A stretch of 64,000 bases of DNA from Zygnema circumcarinatum SAG 698-1b (lineage: Eukaryota; Plantae; Zygnematophyceae), in contig CM074817.1 in assembly GCA_037447605.1 (NCBI GenBank), positions 1,860,001 through 1,924,000 on the forward strand, read 5' to 3'. This document shows, in pieces, positions 40,601 to 54,600 of the stretch. The notes below the pieces were generated by a model. It did not search any database, was not told where the DNA came from, and worked only from the letters and a program-made list of their open reading frames with translations. The stretch's first letter is position 1. Each line of letters begins with the position of its first letter. The translations under genes and the position numbers were made by a program.

Positions 40601-42810
40601 GAAGTTTGAGCTAGGGTTGGAGAAGTTTTATGTCTGCTTCTGCAGCTGCCTTCACATTGTTTTTCAATTCTTTATGTGGGATCCTATGTATTGCCGTATT
40701 GACATTGGACCAGATGAGAACCTTCTTCGAGGTTCATCTTATGGATTTGCCCCAATCATGCTGTAGTTGTACAGGATGCTTTCCTTGTTCTCGTATTTCT
40801 GAACTAGGTACTTTCCAAGAACTAATGGTTTCGTCTCTCTGCAGGCTTTGAAGCAGCCGAATATGCCGCCTCTAGTGTGCCCCAACGCCTTCTTTCCTGC
40901 CTCTCCTCCATGGGGTAACTCTCCATTTGCTGCTTTTTTCCTGCTATACTCGATATTATCTATTTTACGGATCCGCAGTGATAAGCTGTTGCATCGATGA
41001 TCTATTACCAAATTCGTCCACTTAGCAACAGTGAAATTATAGGCATTCTTGAAACTGCCGGCTGACATTGCCAAGGATTTATATGCTGTGATTTCACAGG
41101 CCTGGTGAAGCTTTGAGCAGCGCGTTTCGTAGCACAGACGAAGCTTTCCGTCGCGAACTTGATGTACAGAGAGTGCTTCGAAAGGGAGGAGGTGTTGAGT
41201 GGCACCCGGGATGCACTGCAGCAACAGCATTGCTGCTTCGTGACCGACTGCTTGTTGCAAATGCTGGAGACTGCAGGACTGTGCTTTGTCGCAAGGGACA
41301 GGCTGTGCCCCTCAGTCGAGTGAGTTTTGAACCCTTCATCAACCGTCCCATTCAAACTTGGGCACAGTGGTTTTTAGTCAACAAACAAACAAAACAAACA
41401 GCAGTAGCAGTCCTTGTCGTTACTAGAGGTGAAAAATATTCGATTGTGGAGCCAATGTCGTCGTGAAGGTGTAGTATTTTCCATGCAGAAGCGGCGTTTT
41501 TAGAATTTTCTGGTGAGCGTTTCGGTTGTGGGGAGAGAAACTTAAGGTGTAGAAAGCACATGCTGAACTGCAGGACCACACAGCTGCTGATCCGCAAGAG
41601 CGCGAGCGTGTGATGAATGCGGGAGGTTCTGTTGCATGGCGGGTGAACACGTGGCGAGTGGGGAAGGCTGCCATTGAGGTATGGCTGCTTGGCTGATGTT
41701 CAACTTGAACCAGTGTAAATGGTGGGTGCCTTCACAATTGCCATCCTTGGCGAAAGGAGTAGAGGGAGGGGGGAGAAAAACTTCAAGCCAGTTCACACCG
41801 ACCGGCTGGCCAACCAAAAGGTTGCCCCACCCTCCTCTTCATGCCCTTGACTTCGGTTGGTGTGAGTTGAAGCGACTTTTGTGGTAAATTTGGAAAGTGT
41901 GTTGATGGCGAGGGAGCCTTTTCCTTGGCAGGTGACACGCTCATTGGGAGATGGAGATTTGAAGCCCGCGGTAACTGCAGAACCGGAGGTTTTGGAGCAC
42001 ACTCTTACTGCAGATGATGAGTTTATGGTGCGTACTCTGCCCTTTGCTCGTAGGAAGCACAAACTGGACGTCATCTCAAAATGGGGCAAACGTGTTTTAT
42101 TCCCGTATGTGACAGCCTCAAAGAGTGGTGTGCGACTAAATTGGTAATCAGATATTCAGCATAGTCAGGTTTTAGAGTTTGTTCAACTATTCAGCATACA
42201 CGGGTGCTGAAAAGTGGTCCTATCTTGACTCCTGCATATGAACTTGCGCACCTGACAGACAGTAGTGAGTTCATGCCAAAGGGCGCTCCCTGAATGGCCA
42301 ACGGGATTCTTGTTGACCGTTAATATGTCTGTCCGTTGACAATGTGACAAACCCGTTGATCGGTTGCATACGCCTTGTCAAGCGGCATGTAGTGTAATCA
42401 GTACTATCTGACTCGGGAGGATGATGAGGTTGAAATCACTGTTTTATTCAATCAATTAAACTCAAGAGGAATACAAAACTCATCGTACGAATGTAACATT
42501 CCCAGTAGATCCCAGAATGCTGAAATGTTCTTGAAAAGTATAGCATAGCTTTCCACGTAGAGGAGACACAGGAAGTGGTCTTTTGCCTCAACTCCTTAAA
42601 TGCCGTGCCTTGCAGGTGATGGCCAGCGACGGCTTGTGGGAAAAGATGACAAATGATGAGATGATTGCGTTTGTGTACGACACTGTAAAGGAGCCCTCCA
42701 TGTGCGGCAAGCGCTTGGCGACCGAGGCAGTTAACCGCGGCAGTCGAGACAACATCACAGTGCTGGTCATCTACTTGACGCCCGTCTCCACCGTAGAGAG
42801 AGTGTACTGA
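37655..42810 (+). CDS. Protein kinase and PP2C-like domain-containing protein (kinase-phosphatase fusion; Arabidopsis At2g40860-like), 673 aa, 13 exons
   Basis: Exons 37655..37826, 38091..38208, 38482..38648, 38808..38875, 39018..39163, 39568..39645, 39767..39818, 39961..40495, 40845..40914, 41100..41319, 41574..41678, 41932..42027, 42616..42810 (sum 2022 nt). Motifs [102 protein letters not shown]. Confidence 0.96.
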
Positions 42811-44880
42811 TTGAAGGGCTTATGCGGTAGTTCTTCGTTTTCTTTTCTATTCTGGGGTTTACAATTGTTCATTGTTGTTCATTTAAGGGCAATTGCCAAT
42901 AAGGTAGCTCGTAGTAGGGATTTCTGAAGAGTGTGATCATGTATCATATGCAGTTAGAGATTATCTTTCGAGATTGACTGGTTCAGTAGATATTAAGTAA
43001 ATTCCAGCTTGGAGGGGCGCAATTCGAACTGTACTCAATAGATTTTTAGTGCGGATGATCAATTCAGCATTCGATCAACCCATTGGACCGACATAGGCAG
43101 CTTCGAACTCATCTGCCTATTTCCATTCTATTTATTTGAAAGTAGTTCCAAGAATATAACTTTTTAAGGTTTTGACACGGGTATTGTCCTGTTACTTGAA
43201 TTAATGAATAGCATGTCAAGGATGGATACCACTGCCAGGACTGACTGTTGAAACCTCTTTGTATTGGAAAAGTGTTTCAAACCCAGGCTTCTCATTCTGG
43301 CGTGCGGGATAACTCCCTATAAACATGTAATTGCATGGAAAAGTGCCGATGCACTCTTTCCAGCAAGGGTCGAAAAAAAAACGTACAAAAAATGGAATCG
43401 ATATCTGTACTGCTTTTCGTTGAAGACCAGACGAATAAACAATACGAATTCTCACTTTCAAATACGTAACACGAAAGCTAATGGTGAAACCTCCCTAGCA
43501 GGAAGGGGGGCCAATCTTACAATGGAAACCGGCTGAAGGCCGGAGGCTTTGCCCTGCTGTACTTGGCAGTTAGCACGACTATCGCCAATTGCATCTAGCC
43601 ATGCAGGAAACATGCTAATGAACGACTGCAAGGAAGGACCAGCGCGCGTGGTTCCTTGTGGAAGGAACCACAAGGCGGAAAGGGGTGGAAAGATTCAATT
43701 TTCGGGTGGAATCTAACTAAATCATGCTCTTGTCAAAGGGGACCGAACCAGGCGGAATATTCATTTTTGGTCACTAGTGATGGCAAATCGTCGACTTAAG
43801 GCCTCTGAATTTAGTAAGGGGAAGTTGTTAACCGTTCATAAATTCGTAAGGCGAAGGGATAGTGAAACGACTTACGGAAAAATGTTTATGAAATATTTAT
43901 ATGTTTGTTGTCTTAGAAGTTGGATAAGTTCACGACTTTCAATCACAGATGTGCGCCACACCCTGCTTGTTCGATGCATATTACTCACATTCATCTTCAT
44001 ACTAAAGTCAGCCCAGTTGGGACACTGTTCTGTTAGGGACCTCCCCCGGTTTGTAACTACTCACTGACAGGAATAGTTTTATTTTGCAATGACGTCCGAT
44101 TGTTTTAGTTGAGGAAGCTTTCTAATCGACTGATTTGCTACCCCTACTTACAACGTGGAGAATCTCTGTTTCCAGGTGGATGATTCTGCGAGATTGACAC
44201 CCCGCTAATGGGGGCCTATACATGACAGGAAGCGATACAGTTCAACGGAACATTCAAAGCAAAAAAGACATCCATGGCAAATGACCATGCCTACGAGCCA
44301 GCCATCCAAACCGTCATATAAGTGTACCTACCGCACATATAGCTAATGCGACCTTCATCACGTCACCTAGACCAGTACCCATGTGCTCCTCCGACCGACA
44401 AAAGCTTTCTACACTTTCTTGGCACACACAATCCTTCTTTTATTTTCAAGCAATGCATTGAAGAATTCAAGAGATAAACATTGGCAGGGCCACCCGCCTC
44501 CCTTTCAAGTCTTCACCACGTAAGATTTCCTTCCCTCCCCCTTCCTCTTCTTCCCCCCCCCCCCCCCCCCCCTCGTTTCCCTGCCACTGAGATCCTCTAA
44601 ACTGTTAGACCATTTTACAACGTTTCCAACCACATCGAGCAAAAAGCCCTTCCTCCAATTCCTGACTACACAAAAGAAAGAAAGCAAAAAAAGAATTACT
44701 GTCACCTGACTCTAAGGAGGAGAAAGCGCACAACAAGGGGGACACCAACGGAGGACGAAGAAGCACCTGCTGGGATCACCTTTTTCAACTTCCGAAAACG
44801 GAATTTACCCCCCGAGAATTAAACTACAGTTGCTATACACAATTTGACAAGACAAATGTATGACTCAGTGTATGACTCAG

Positions 44881-47414
44881 TTAGCTGTCACCAAAGATAG
44901 TGGATAGGAGGAGCTGCTGAGTGAAGGTTGACCGCAGAACAGCTTGCGAGTGCTTCTCCAAGTGTTCTTCGACTGACAATGAGGGGCTTGAACTGCAAGC
45001 GAAGCAAAGTTTTCTGTCATTAAAAGTGACATGAACAAAAATTTTGATCGCCAAGAACTACAGCATGTCACCCTTTCGATCAAGCCAATCAAATAAGCAT
45101 CTACAGAGAATCCAATAAATATTTCAATGGTCAGCTTGTTCCCCATGTAGCCTGCCGAGAGAAACGAGTAATGCAGCGATTGTAGAGGTAACAACAAGCG
45201 GTCAACCGTTTGCTTTTCTATGGACTCTACACTATAAAATGATTAAAGTGTTATCAAATGATTGGTACTCGGACACCTCCGAGCTCTGTAATCATTAATT
45301 GACAGACTGCAAAGGCTTTCCGGTTACAACCATGCTGGAGAAAACGAGCATCCATAGGGGATGAGGGGACTGATTACAGGTACAGCTGAATTAGCAGCTC
45401 TATCACATCACTGAAGTGCTGAAGTGATATCTCTAAAAGTAAACCACAATATTCTCCTTTACTACATGCTTCATAACCAACAGCCACCTTCGAACGACAA
45501 GGTAAGAATGAATTTCCCAGCTAGGCGGACATCAGCAATTTCACAATACTCCCTGATAGGCAAGGGCACCTCTCATCGAGTGCGTTTTTTCCCACGACTA
45601 GGCACATGCTCTATGACACGTCACAGTCGGACTCCTTCACGACAATTTTGAGCTTTTGCAACTTATATGCGTGTTGTCATGACGAAATACAGGTTGCTTA
45701 ACGTGAGAACACTGACAAAGGGCTGTAGTCTATCAGTGTGGTAGTAAGTCCTCATGAACTGCTCACCAGTAGCTCAATGCCCTTAACAGGCTAGAGCCAA
45801 TACGAAGAGGACCGACCATTTCTAGTCAATACTCGAGGTGATTTTCTGTAAAATGTTATTAAAAAGGGGGAGAGCAGGGAGCAAAACACCCATCTTCATA
45901 CCTCAGAGGCGCTGACCTCGCTGACGAGAATGTTTTCACCCTCTCAGTGACTTTGCTCTTGTCTGCTGAATCTGCAAAACCAAGCTGCTCATCAGCTAAC
46001 GCTGAGAGGAAGGGGTCCACTGCACTGCTGGAGAGGCTGGGGGCTGCTCCGCTCGCCAAAATTCTCATCCGTCCCTCCCTGAGCTCCTTCCCATGCAGTG
46101 TATAGGAAGTGCTTGAACTGGATGGGCGTCGAAATCGACGTCTTCTCTGGTCGTGCGACAAACGAGAAAGTCAAGGTAAACGTCTACAGGAAGATATTCG
46201 GCAGGGTTTGATATGGTGCAGAATCTGTGACTCAGAGTCCTGTGCGGCAGACATGAACCAAAAGACCACCTACGCATATCTATACGCACCACTGGAAGAA
46301 TTGCCTCGGCAGACCATACAGCAAACCTGAGTTTTAAGAGGAAAGAGTGAGGTAACTCTCACTACTTTGTAAAGCGTTGAAAAAGGATATCTTAAAAAGC
46401 TGGCTATGTTGCATAATGTGTCCAAATAGATCCCTTCCCACCTTAATACTGCATAAAGGGCAAGTCTGCAAGAGCAAAAGCAGACAAAATACCTGTTTAG
46501 TGGGAGGATAGCAAACCTTGCTAAGAAGATATCAACAGAAGAAACCGCATGACTGTAGCCAAACAGAAAACAGTTAGAGACGAATTTTGCTCCTGAGTTA
46601 GTCATCATGCACCTCCAAGAGGTAATCTTTATGCGAGATGGGCTCTCAGTCAAAACCAGAGTTTAACAGCTGACTTCCAATGAAAATGGAGCATCGAGGG
46701 CCGATGTACTACATAAAAGCGCATAAAAAGTCGACCTTCGCAAGATTTTTCTGCAATCAGCCACCCTGACCTACTAGAATAGGGAACTGCTTTCAAAGAA
46801 CAGCCCCCTAAATGGGTTTGAGGTGAAGCGTTACCACTGGCTTGACTTCGAAACAGTGTTCATCTTCGAGGTGCACACATAACGTTGTAAGCTCAAAGCT
46901 CTCTAGACAGTATGGGCATCGCAGCTCGATCCTCAGATCATCCTCACCATCAAGATCATCCAAGCTCATATGGCGGTCTGCAGAACGCAAGCAGTTAGCT
47001 TCTAAATTGCACTGGAATAGCGAACAGTAAATAGGTGTACATGCTGAGAGATACCGAAGCTTTTTGGGTGAGCTTGCCACGCATAGGAAGGCTAATAACA
47101 AGCCAGACTTCTTCAGATTGGGAACAATTTTCTGCTTGGCTGAAGTCATTGCCAGTCGCCGGAAATAAAAGGTGCTACTGCCATAAACGAAGACTAAGGG
47201 CTCCAACAGGGAAGCCTTCTGCAAATTCTCCTACCTTACAGCTTCATGGACTGGGTCCCAAAGGCTGTTGGACCTCAGACATGTCCATCCCAAGGTGAAG
47301 AAAAACACAAGAATCGCAATGCTTACCGAAATCTGCCTCGGAATAATGATCGAAATGTCGTTTGTTCGCCAGATAACTACCAGAACAAAGCTCCTCCATC
47401 GAAGACTTATCCAT
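44881..47414 (-). CDS. DI19: Drought-induced 19 (Di19) family zinc-finger protein, 222 aa, 5 exons, with intron 3 of U12 AT-AC type
   Basis: Exons 47414..47327, 46977..46835, 46465..46391, 46152..45902, 44992..44881 (669 nt). Zinc fingers CPYC..LCVHLEDEH and CPLC..GHIMQH, basic FK|DQRRRRFRR, GKELREG, DPFLS, C-terminal FTQQLLLSTIFGDS. Confidence 0.93.
46153..46390 (-). other. U12-type (minor spliceosome) AT-AC intron, 238 nt
   Basis: 5' splice site |ATATCCTTTT (46390 down), branch element CCTTGAC at 46176..46170, 3' end ...GTCGCAC| at 46153; splicing yields in-frame FK|DQRRRR. Confidence 0.92.
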
Positions 47415-48628
47415 GTCCACCACCTCTAGTAAACCTGCCAACCCTGCTGTCAAACCTAAATCGTCTCTCGCTCGTCCCAAATCCAAGATTCACCAAAAGC
47501 AGCTTTTCCCGCGCCTCCGTCTACAAGCTCTCAAATTAGGCGCTTCAAAAAGCCTCAAATCTTCAAACAAGCGCAAGCCCTAATACGTAGTCTGCAGCTC
47601 TCTCCTAAGACTAGCAAATAGCTAATCCCGGAAAGGCCTTCGAAGACCTATCTCCTCGCTAGTAAGAAACTTTACCCTAAATAATGAGCAGCCGCTCTGT
47701 AGCCCTTCCTTTCCTTATGATTCCAGGATGCTTCCTGCCTCCACACCTTCCTCAGTTGGAAAAAAAAAAATTGCGCGGTCGGAAGACAGTTGTGCCCTTC
47801 ACTCTTAAAGGCGGTCCGCGCTGGCCGGCAACCATTCGGCAGAGCCGAGGACGCCTTCCGGACGACTGAGTACGCCTTCCACGGACGCTCAGAGGCGCAG
47901 TATTAGTCGCCGGCGGACGTTGGGACTGGACGTCGACATTGACGTTGACGGAATGTGCTGTTTTTTGACGTGCAAGACTCGATGGGGCACGAAGGTGGAA
48001 GATGGCTATGAATTATGCTTCAGCTAGAAACCAATTGGCTTTTCGTTTCCTTGCTACTCGTAAAGCATGTGCTTTGATGCATTACATCTTGGCATCCTTT
48101 AGAAACTACGAGAAGATTACAGAATTTAGGGTTTACGTTGAGTCAGAGATATGGAAGACGAAGTGGAGGTTTACCTTTGCTGCAATGTCCCACGACACAG
48201 ACTAAACGAACATGTCGAGGTGGGGTGACTTTATTCAATGTTTAGACAGATACAAATGTTAGTGCCTTACTTTATCCTTCAGAAGTGGTTCCGTCGTCAG
48301 TGCGAATAGAGATCAACGAACTCTACTGGTTAAACAAAGAAAATAGAAAGAGCTGACTCGTCAGCTCAGGTTTTCATTCTCCACATCTACCCCATCAACA
48401 CCCAGTTTCTCCCATTACTCCTATACATACTATCAAACCTTCTATTCTACTACCTTGGGCCCTTATTTCAGCTCCAAATTTGCACCTCAAGTAGTGCGCA
48501 GAATTAAATATGCATAAAGACCTGCTTAAGTTCGCCTCTTTAGAATGTAAGCGAATACAACCTTCCTCGGATACTGGTGCCATACTGGCATCACCTGTTA
48601 CCAAGCATTTCCCTCCTCCATTCAAGCC

Positions 48629-51600
48629 TTACCCCAGCAGCTTGCTGCTCTCATCGGGCTCCGGGTCTTCATCACTTGCAAAATAGAGACGGTCTCCATC
48701 GAGAATAAGGTCAATGGTGGGGACCTCCCCTCCGTCAGAATTCAGGATGCGAGTGAACGTCTCGTTGAAGTGCAAGTTTGCAGCATTGAGAAGATCCTTT
48801 ACGGTGGGGGGGACGAAAATCAACCTCCCGGCCTTGCGTGTTGCGGTCCATGGATGGTAAGGGTAGATGGTCACACGCTGCATTGTTAGGACAGACGACA
48901 ACACAAGAAATCATTAGCTTTTGGGGATTGCGCTTTGACAAGGATCCTCAGATTCTTTACCACCCCCAAACATAGCTGACTTGCATGGCAAGAATTTTGC
49001 CAGCATGAGGATGACCTCTCACACCATTCTTGTGAGCCAACAGTGGACGATCAACGCTCTTCTGCTTTGTGACCTCAAGCACTTCACCTCTATCTCCACC
49101 CCATGGAGGTTATGAAAACTTCAACATGACAATGTCTGGGACCTTAAAGTGAAGGCAGCTAACGCCATCCGAACTATGTTTGAAAAGCTTTATTCAGACA
49201 ACCAGAAAGATCATGTGATAAGTTCAGGATAGAATCTCTGACACCTCTTTCTCGTGAATTGCTCACCTTGCGGGCAGCCTCTGAGTTGAACTGAATAGCT
49301 CCAACACCTCCTCCTCGTGAGCGAGGTGCCCTCCCATACCCAAGCCTGGGAGAGGTCAGACCACTCCGTGCAGGAGTTATTCCTACCGACCTCAATCCTA
49401 GTCGAGGACTGCTGCTCAGTGTAATAAGCCCCTTGTCCCCCCCTTCATCGATTTCCTCAATAGCAGACTGAGGACCTATCGTCAGCTTCATCGTGTTCTC
49501 ATTCTTCTCTTGTGATTCGGACATAACGGATTCGCCAGTGACGGCGGCTACAGCTGCAGCAGCAAGGGTTAGTGTCCTTTCTGTTCCACTATCATGAAGT
49601 GCTTCCCCTTGTCCAGCAGGTAGCTGATTTCCTCCAACTTTGGCCAGCATGGCCGCCTCTAAGGCTTGCACTACAGGCCTGCTCCCAGAACGCTGTGCTT
49701 CCTCCAAAGGAATGTTACCCCACCTGCCGCAACATACACCATCGTCAAAAAAAAGGCAAAGGACTGCAAATTCACTCTAATTAGCAAGAGTGAAGTTATT
49801 ATAAGAGTACAAGGATTGCACGAGCTCCAAAGCTTCCCGACTACTCTCAACGACCTGTAATTCGGAGATACAACTCAGACACTTTCTGTCTGACCAGGTT
49901 ACACGTGCTGTACCTGTCACGAGCAAACACGTCTGCCCCATGATTGACCAGCAACTGAGTTATCAACAGGAAACCTTCTGCAGCGGCAATGTGAAGAGGA
50001 GTACGGTGGTCGTAGTCGGAACTGTTGGGGTCCACTCCATGGTCCAAAAGCCGCTGGAGAAACCCAGTGTTTCCATGTATGACAGCATTGCAAAGTTCCG
50101 TGCCAGCCTCCTGCACAGAACAGCCATGGAAGCACGGTTTCTAACATTTTAAGTACAACAGCTCCACTGAGAAGAATGCAATCATTCGTCTCTAATTGTT
50201 GAAGTGGCGTAGGGAAAAAAGAGAGAGGTTGAAATGAAACGTTTCCTCAAGACGGGAGGAATGTGATAGCAGGAATTCCAGAAGCATCTTTGAATCTATG
50301 CACCTTTGGGTAATTACAGTACTGGTAACATGAGCTAGGGCTAGCCATCACCTGCAGAGAAATAGTGGCGCCTCTTTCTACAAGAATTTTCGCGGTACTG
50401 TCGTGGCCTGACCGAAGAGCATCAAAAAGAGGTGTGATCCCAAAATTATCCTTAGCGTTCACATCTGCCTTCTCAATAATGAGGAACTTTGTCAGCTCGT
50501 CAAAGCCTTTAGAGGCAGCGAGATGCTGCATAATGTAAGCAACACACACAAACCATCACCCAAAAAGGAATTAGAAAAAAGCTAACTCTGTAAGTGTACC
50601 TAGTCTCTCACAAAGCACGAAGGAAGAAAGAGAATAAGTGTAGGCAAATGTACCAAAGCTGTTCTGCCATCGTAGTCAGCTTTTGAAGGGTTCGCTCCCG
50701 CTTTCATTAAGTGTTTGAGATGCTCAATATCTCCTCGAGCTGCAGCATTGATGGTCGCCATCACCAATTCCGCTTCCTGCTGTCCAATTAGATTGTGGAT
50801 CTCGCTAGCTAGCGATGCCACTTTCGAATCTTCTTCTTTAGCTCTCTGAACCCCGCAGAACCCTAAGGTCAATTCAGGGTCACCCACCAGTCTGACTAAT
50901 CTGAGCATTGAGATCATGGTGTGGAAGAGTTGACTTGTGCCAAGCATTGCTTACTACTTACAGCCTGTTTTTGCTCACAGGTAAAAAGTAAGCAGTAACG
51001 CAATAACATTTGGGCACTCTTTAACGAGCATAGAGTTGAACTGAAGGAAAAGTGAGTCACAACCAAGTACCTTCAGATAAAGTGAACTTGAGAAAGGACT
51101 CAGTTTTTTTTTTTTTTTTTTTGCAGCAGCAGCAGCAGAGACTCTCGTCAGCAACCTTTGAAAACTTGTTGGTGACTTAAATGAGAGTTGAGAATTTTAA
51201 GCATGAGTTCAGGCGACACCTAAGACTGTGGCCCCTGCAACAGACCTTCCATTAACTTCTCGTACCTCCAATAAGTTTTGGACAACTTGTCGCCCATCAA
51301 GAATGTAAGTTGAAATGACGTTGTTGAACGACTGCTTATCGATCCGCAGGAGTTGGGCGAGCTCCTTCACACGCACTGTGAAGGGCTGCGGAATATTGCA
51401 GAGCATAGCGACCTCACCGACCACCTGCACACAGAACACAGAACCATTTTCGCAAATACAGCTTTGAGACTGTGAACGTGAACAAACTGTACTAGTTTCC
51501 TTCATTGATCGACCAAACTTCTCTTCAAACCATTCCAATAGAGGAATCTGCATAGTACCCTATTCATCATCAGAACCTAAGTCGTCGCGTACACATAGCC

Positions 51601-54600
51601 AGCCTTGCCTTTGATTTCAGTCAATAAACCTTGTAGAAAACAAAATGGATAACCTTGGCATTGATTTGACAAGTACATTGTCCAGAGACATCACCACCAC
51701 CTGTTCTCTCTAGTCAAGGATTGGAGAACTGTTCTCTCTAGTCAAGGATTAAAGAACTGTTGTCTCTAGTCAAGGATTGGAGAACAGGGGTCTCACATCA
51801 GGCGTGAAAACAGTGTTTTCAACCTCCTCTAAACCCTCCGCCCCCACGGAAACTTCCTCCAGAACACCGCGGCAAACAATGTACATGTTATCCCCTGCAT
51901 CGCGTTGCTGGAATACAAGTTCAAGGGGCATAAACATCTCCGCGGAGCCTCTCGCCACCTGAATGGCACAACCTCAGTAGAGAAGTCAGCAAATAGGGTC
52001 TCTGCACTTTCAGAAAAGCTCTATCTGCTCTTTTGTTAGAGGGAAGTTTGAGAAGACTTCTGGGAAAGAGAGCTGTTCCACTGAATTATTTTGAAAGGAA
52101 AGGAAAGACTACAACAGGGAAAATGGGCCGGGACATACGATCTGATTAATGAACTCGTGAGAGCACTCTTTGAAGAGGTAGCAATCCTCCACCACTTGAC
52201 TGAATAGTGCTCTCGCCACCTTATGTCGAATACTCATAGGAAAGTCCTCGATGATGTCAGACTCCACCTGATCTGTCTCAAACTGCAACCTCACATGCTG
52301 CAGACAGGTTCGCCCCCAAAGGCAAAGATTCAGCATGAAACAACAAAAGAACTACTTTCAACAATTGACCTGAACAACCTTGACCTCCAACTGCATGTGT
52401 TGCTTTATGCATCCCTCCACATAACACTCTCGCATCAACAGTATGACTGCACTGCTGACCTCTCGCATTTGATGGCGTAAACCTCGAGGCAGTCTGTAAC
52501 GGTTCATGTACTGGATGAGTGCTGCCATTTTGTCACGATACCTTTCTGTGCTCGAGCCCTTAACAATAAGGGCAGTGATGTTACCTGCACAGCTCGCCCA
52601 CAGTCATCGTTGAGACATAAGCGAAACAAGGTTTGAAGCTAAGTTTCATTGCCTTTAAATTTTTAAAACGCAGACGGTTTGAGAGAGACGCACCAATGAG
52701 GTAGGCAGACAGAACCATGTCGAACGAAATGAAGCACATGCAGAATATCATCTCTCGTGGGTTCACTGGATGTATGTCGCCATACCCTGTTTTTCAAACC
52801 TCGCCCCCCCGCAATACCCATGAAAATTATTTTCACAAGAACAGCAATTAATTGAGCTGCATGCAACCGGAGAATAGTAGCGACCGCCAGCAAAGTCTTA
52901 AGAGTGCTTTTCTCCGCTTAGAAGTCAGACAGACTACACATTTCTACGATGAAGACTACGGCATTGAGATTCTAAGGCTCTGTTTCTAGATACTTCTTAG
53001 AAGAGCGTAATAAAAGGGTGCGTAGAGACGAGAAAACAGACCGAGGGTAGCCATGGTAACGACAGCCCAATAGAGTGCGGTGACGTAGCGTTTCCCAAGA
53101 TTGAGATCGCGGAAATTTTCATAGGAGTTGCTGCCAAGAGTGAGGCTGCCAATCCATGTGTCTCCTTCATTGGCTGAAGGGATGGTAGTAGCCAGGTAAT
53201 AAAAGAAACACCCAGCAACATGTGTGCAGAAAAACTCCACAATAAGCAGCCGGACAATACGTGCCGCATAATAATTGACTCGAATGTCCCGCTCCACTCT
53301 GCAAGTGAAAATTTTCCGAAGAAAAGAGTTACTTAAAGGGTGTCTACACATTATTTCATGTCACAGGTTTTTGTTTTGGCAGTCGAGAATGGAATACATG
53401 AAGGTAATTTGAAATGAAACTCACCGATCAAAGAAAAGGTCGACTCGATGAGCTCGAGAAAGGCGGAGCCATAGCAACCATCTCATCACTTCTGCTCCAT
53501 CATCTCCGCCGGCAGCCTGACAATATAATTTGGGTTAACAAGGTAGTAAATCTTCACACCTTTCACGACTACAAAAACAACTACAGTCTCTTCACCAATC
53601 AGTCGAAATGTCAGCATGCTCGGCAACAATCACGATAAGTAAGCAATTGCGAAGTGAAAGCCCGGGTATTCATTCACCTTGTAAAAAGAATCCCATGGGA
53701 AAAGGTTCAAGAAATCGAAAATGAACCCCGTTCTCAAATACCTGTGGTTGCAGAAGGAAAACAGAGGGAGCTGTAAGGCAGTAATCAGAAGGACGAGAAT
53801 AGCCAGAACCACTAAGGACTTTGTTCAGATTGTGCGAGTTCAAGTGAAACCCCGAAATCCCCCAAAACACACCTGAACGCAATGAGCTTGTGATCGTCGA
53901 TAAAAGCAAACGTCTTCGGGTCTTTATATCCCACAAAAAATGTAAGCACCAAGTCGGCTGCAAAGAAAAAACTTATCGCAACGTCGAACCATGCAAGGCT
54001 GGTGGGCAGACGCCGAAAAAACGCAAACTCGAACGGTGTCACACATGCAGAATATAAGCAGAGGAGGAGCATCACTTGCTCCCATGCCAGGTAGTATCTG
54101 CACAATAGCACCCACACCTGTCTGAGAACTACCGGCTTTGAAACGAGAAAGCCGCTGCTTGAAACTCTGCCTCTACCATAATCACAATGGGGACAGCTCA
54201 GGCCGTATAATCACACACCGATTCCCGGGGTAAACTATTCCTGCTGCATGAGTGTGTATATGGATGTTAGAGGTTCGCAGAAGAGCGGAACGGTGGCCCG
54301 ATGTAGACTCGTCTGCCCGTGAGCTCCCGTAAGTGTTTGCTGAGCCATCATTATCCCAACCTCCATGGCCTCCTTTCCCAAATATAGTCCACCGAGCTGC
54401 TCGCTTAAGCTGCACCCGCTTCTCAGCTCTCTCGAATGAGAAAAGAAGAAAGAGAGAGAGAGAGTAACCCTACAATGTATAAAGATGGAAATAGGAGGCA
54501 GGGACTATTGAAGATGCACATTCAATAAGACTATCAGCTCTTCCGGAATCAGAGAAGGGTTCAAGTAGCCTGCCTGGCTGCCGACACTGTAACCACCACC

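Noticed and set aside
45859-45901. Ending Di19 at the read-through stop 45859
   Set aside because: The donor at 45901 and the exon 44992..44881 supply the conserved LLLSTIF C-terminus.
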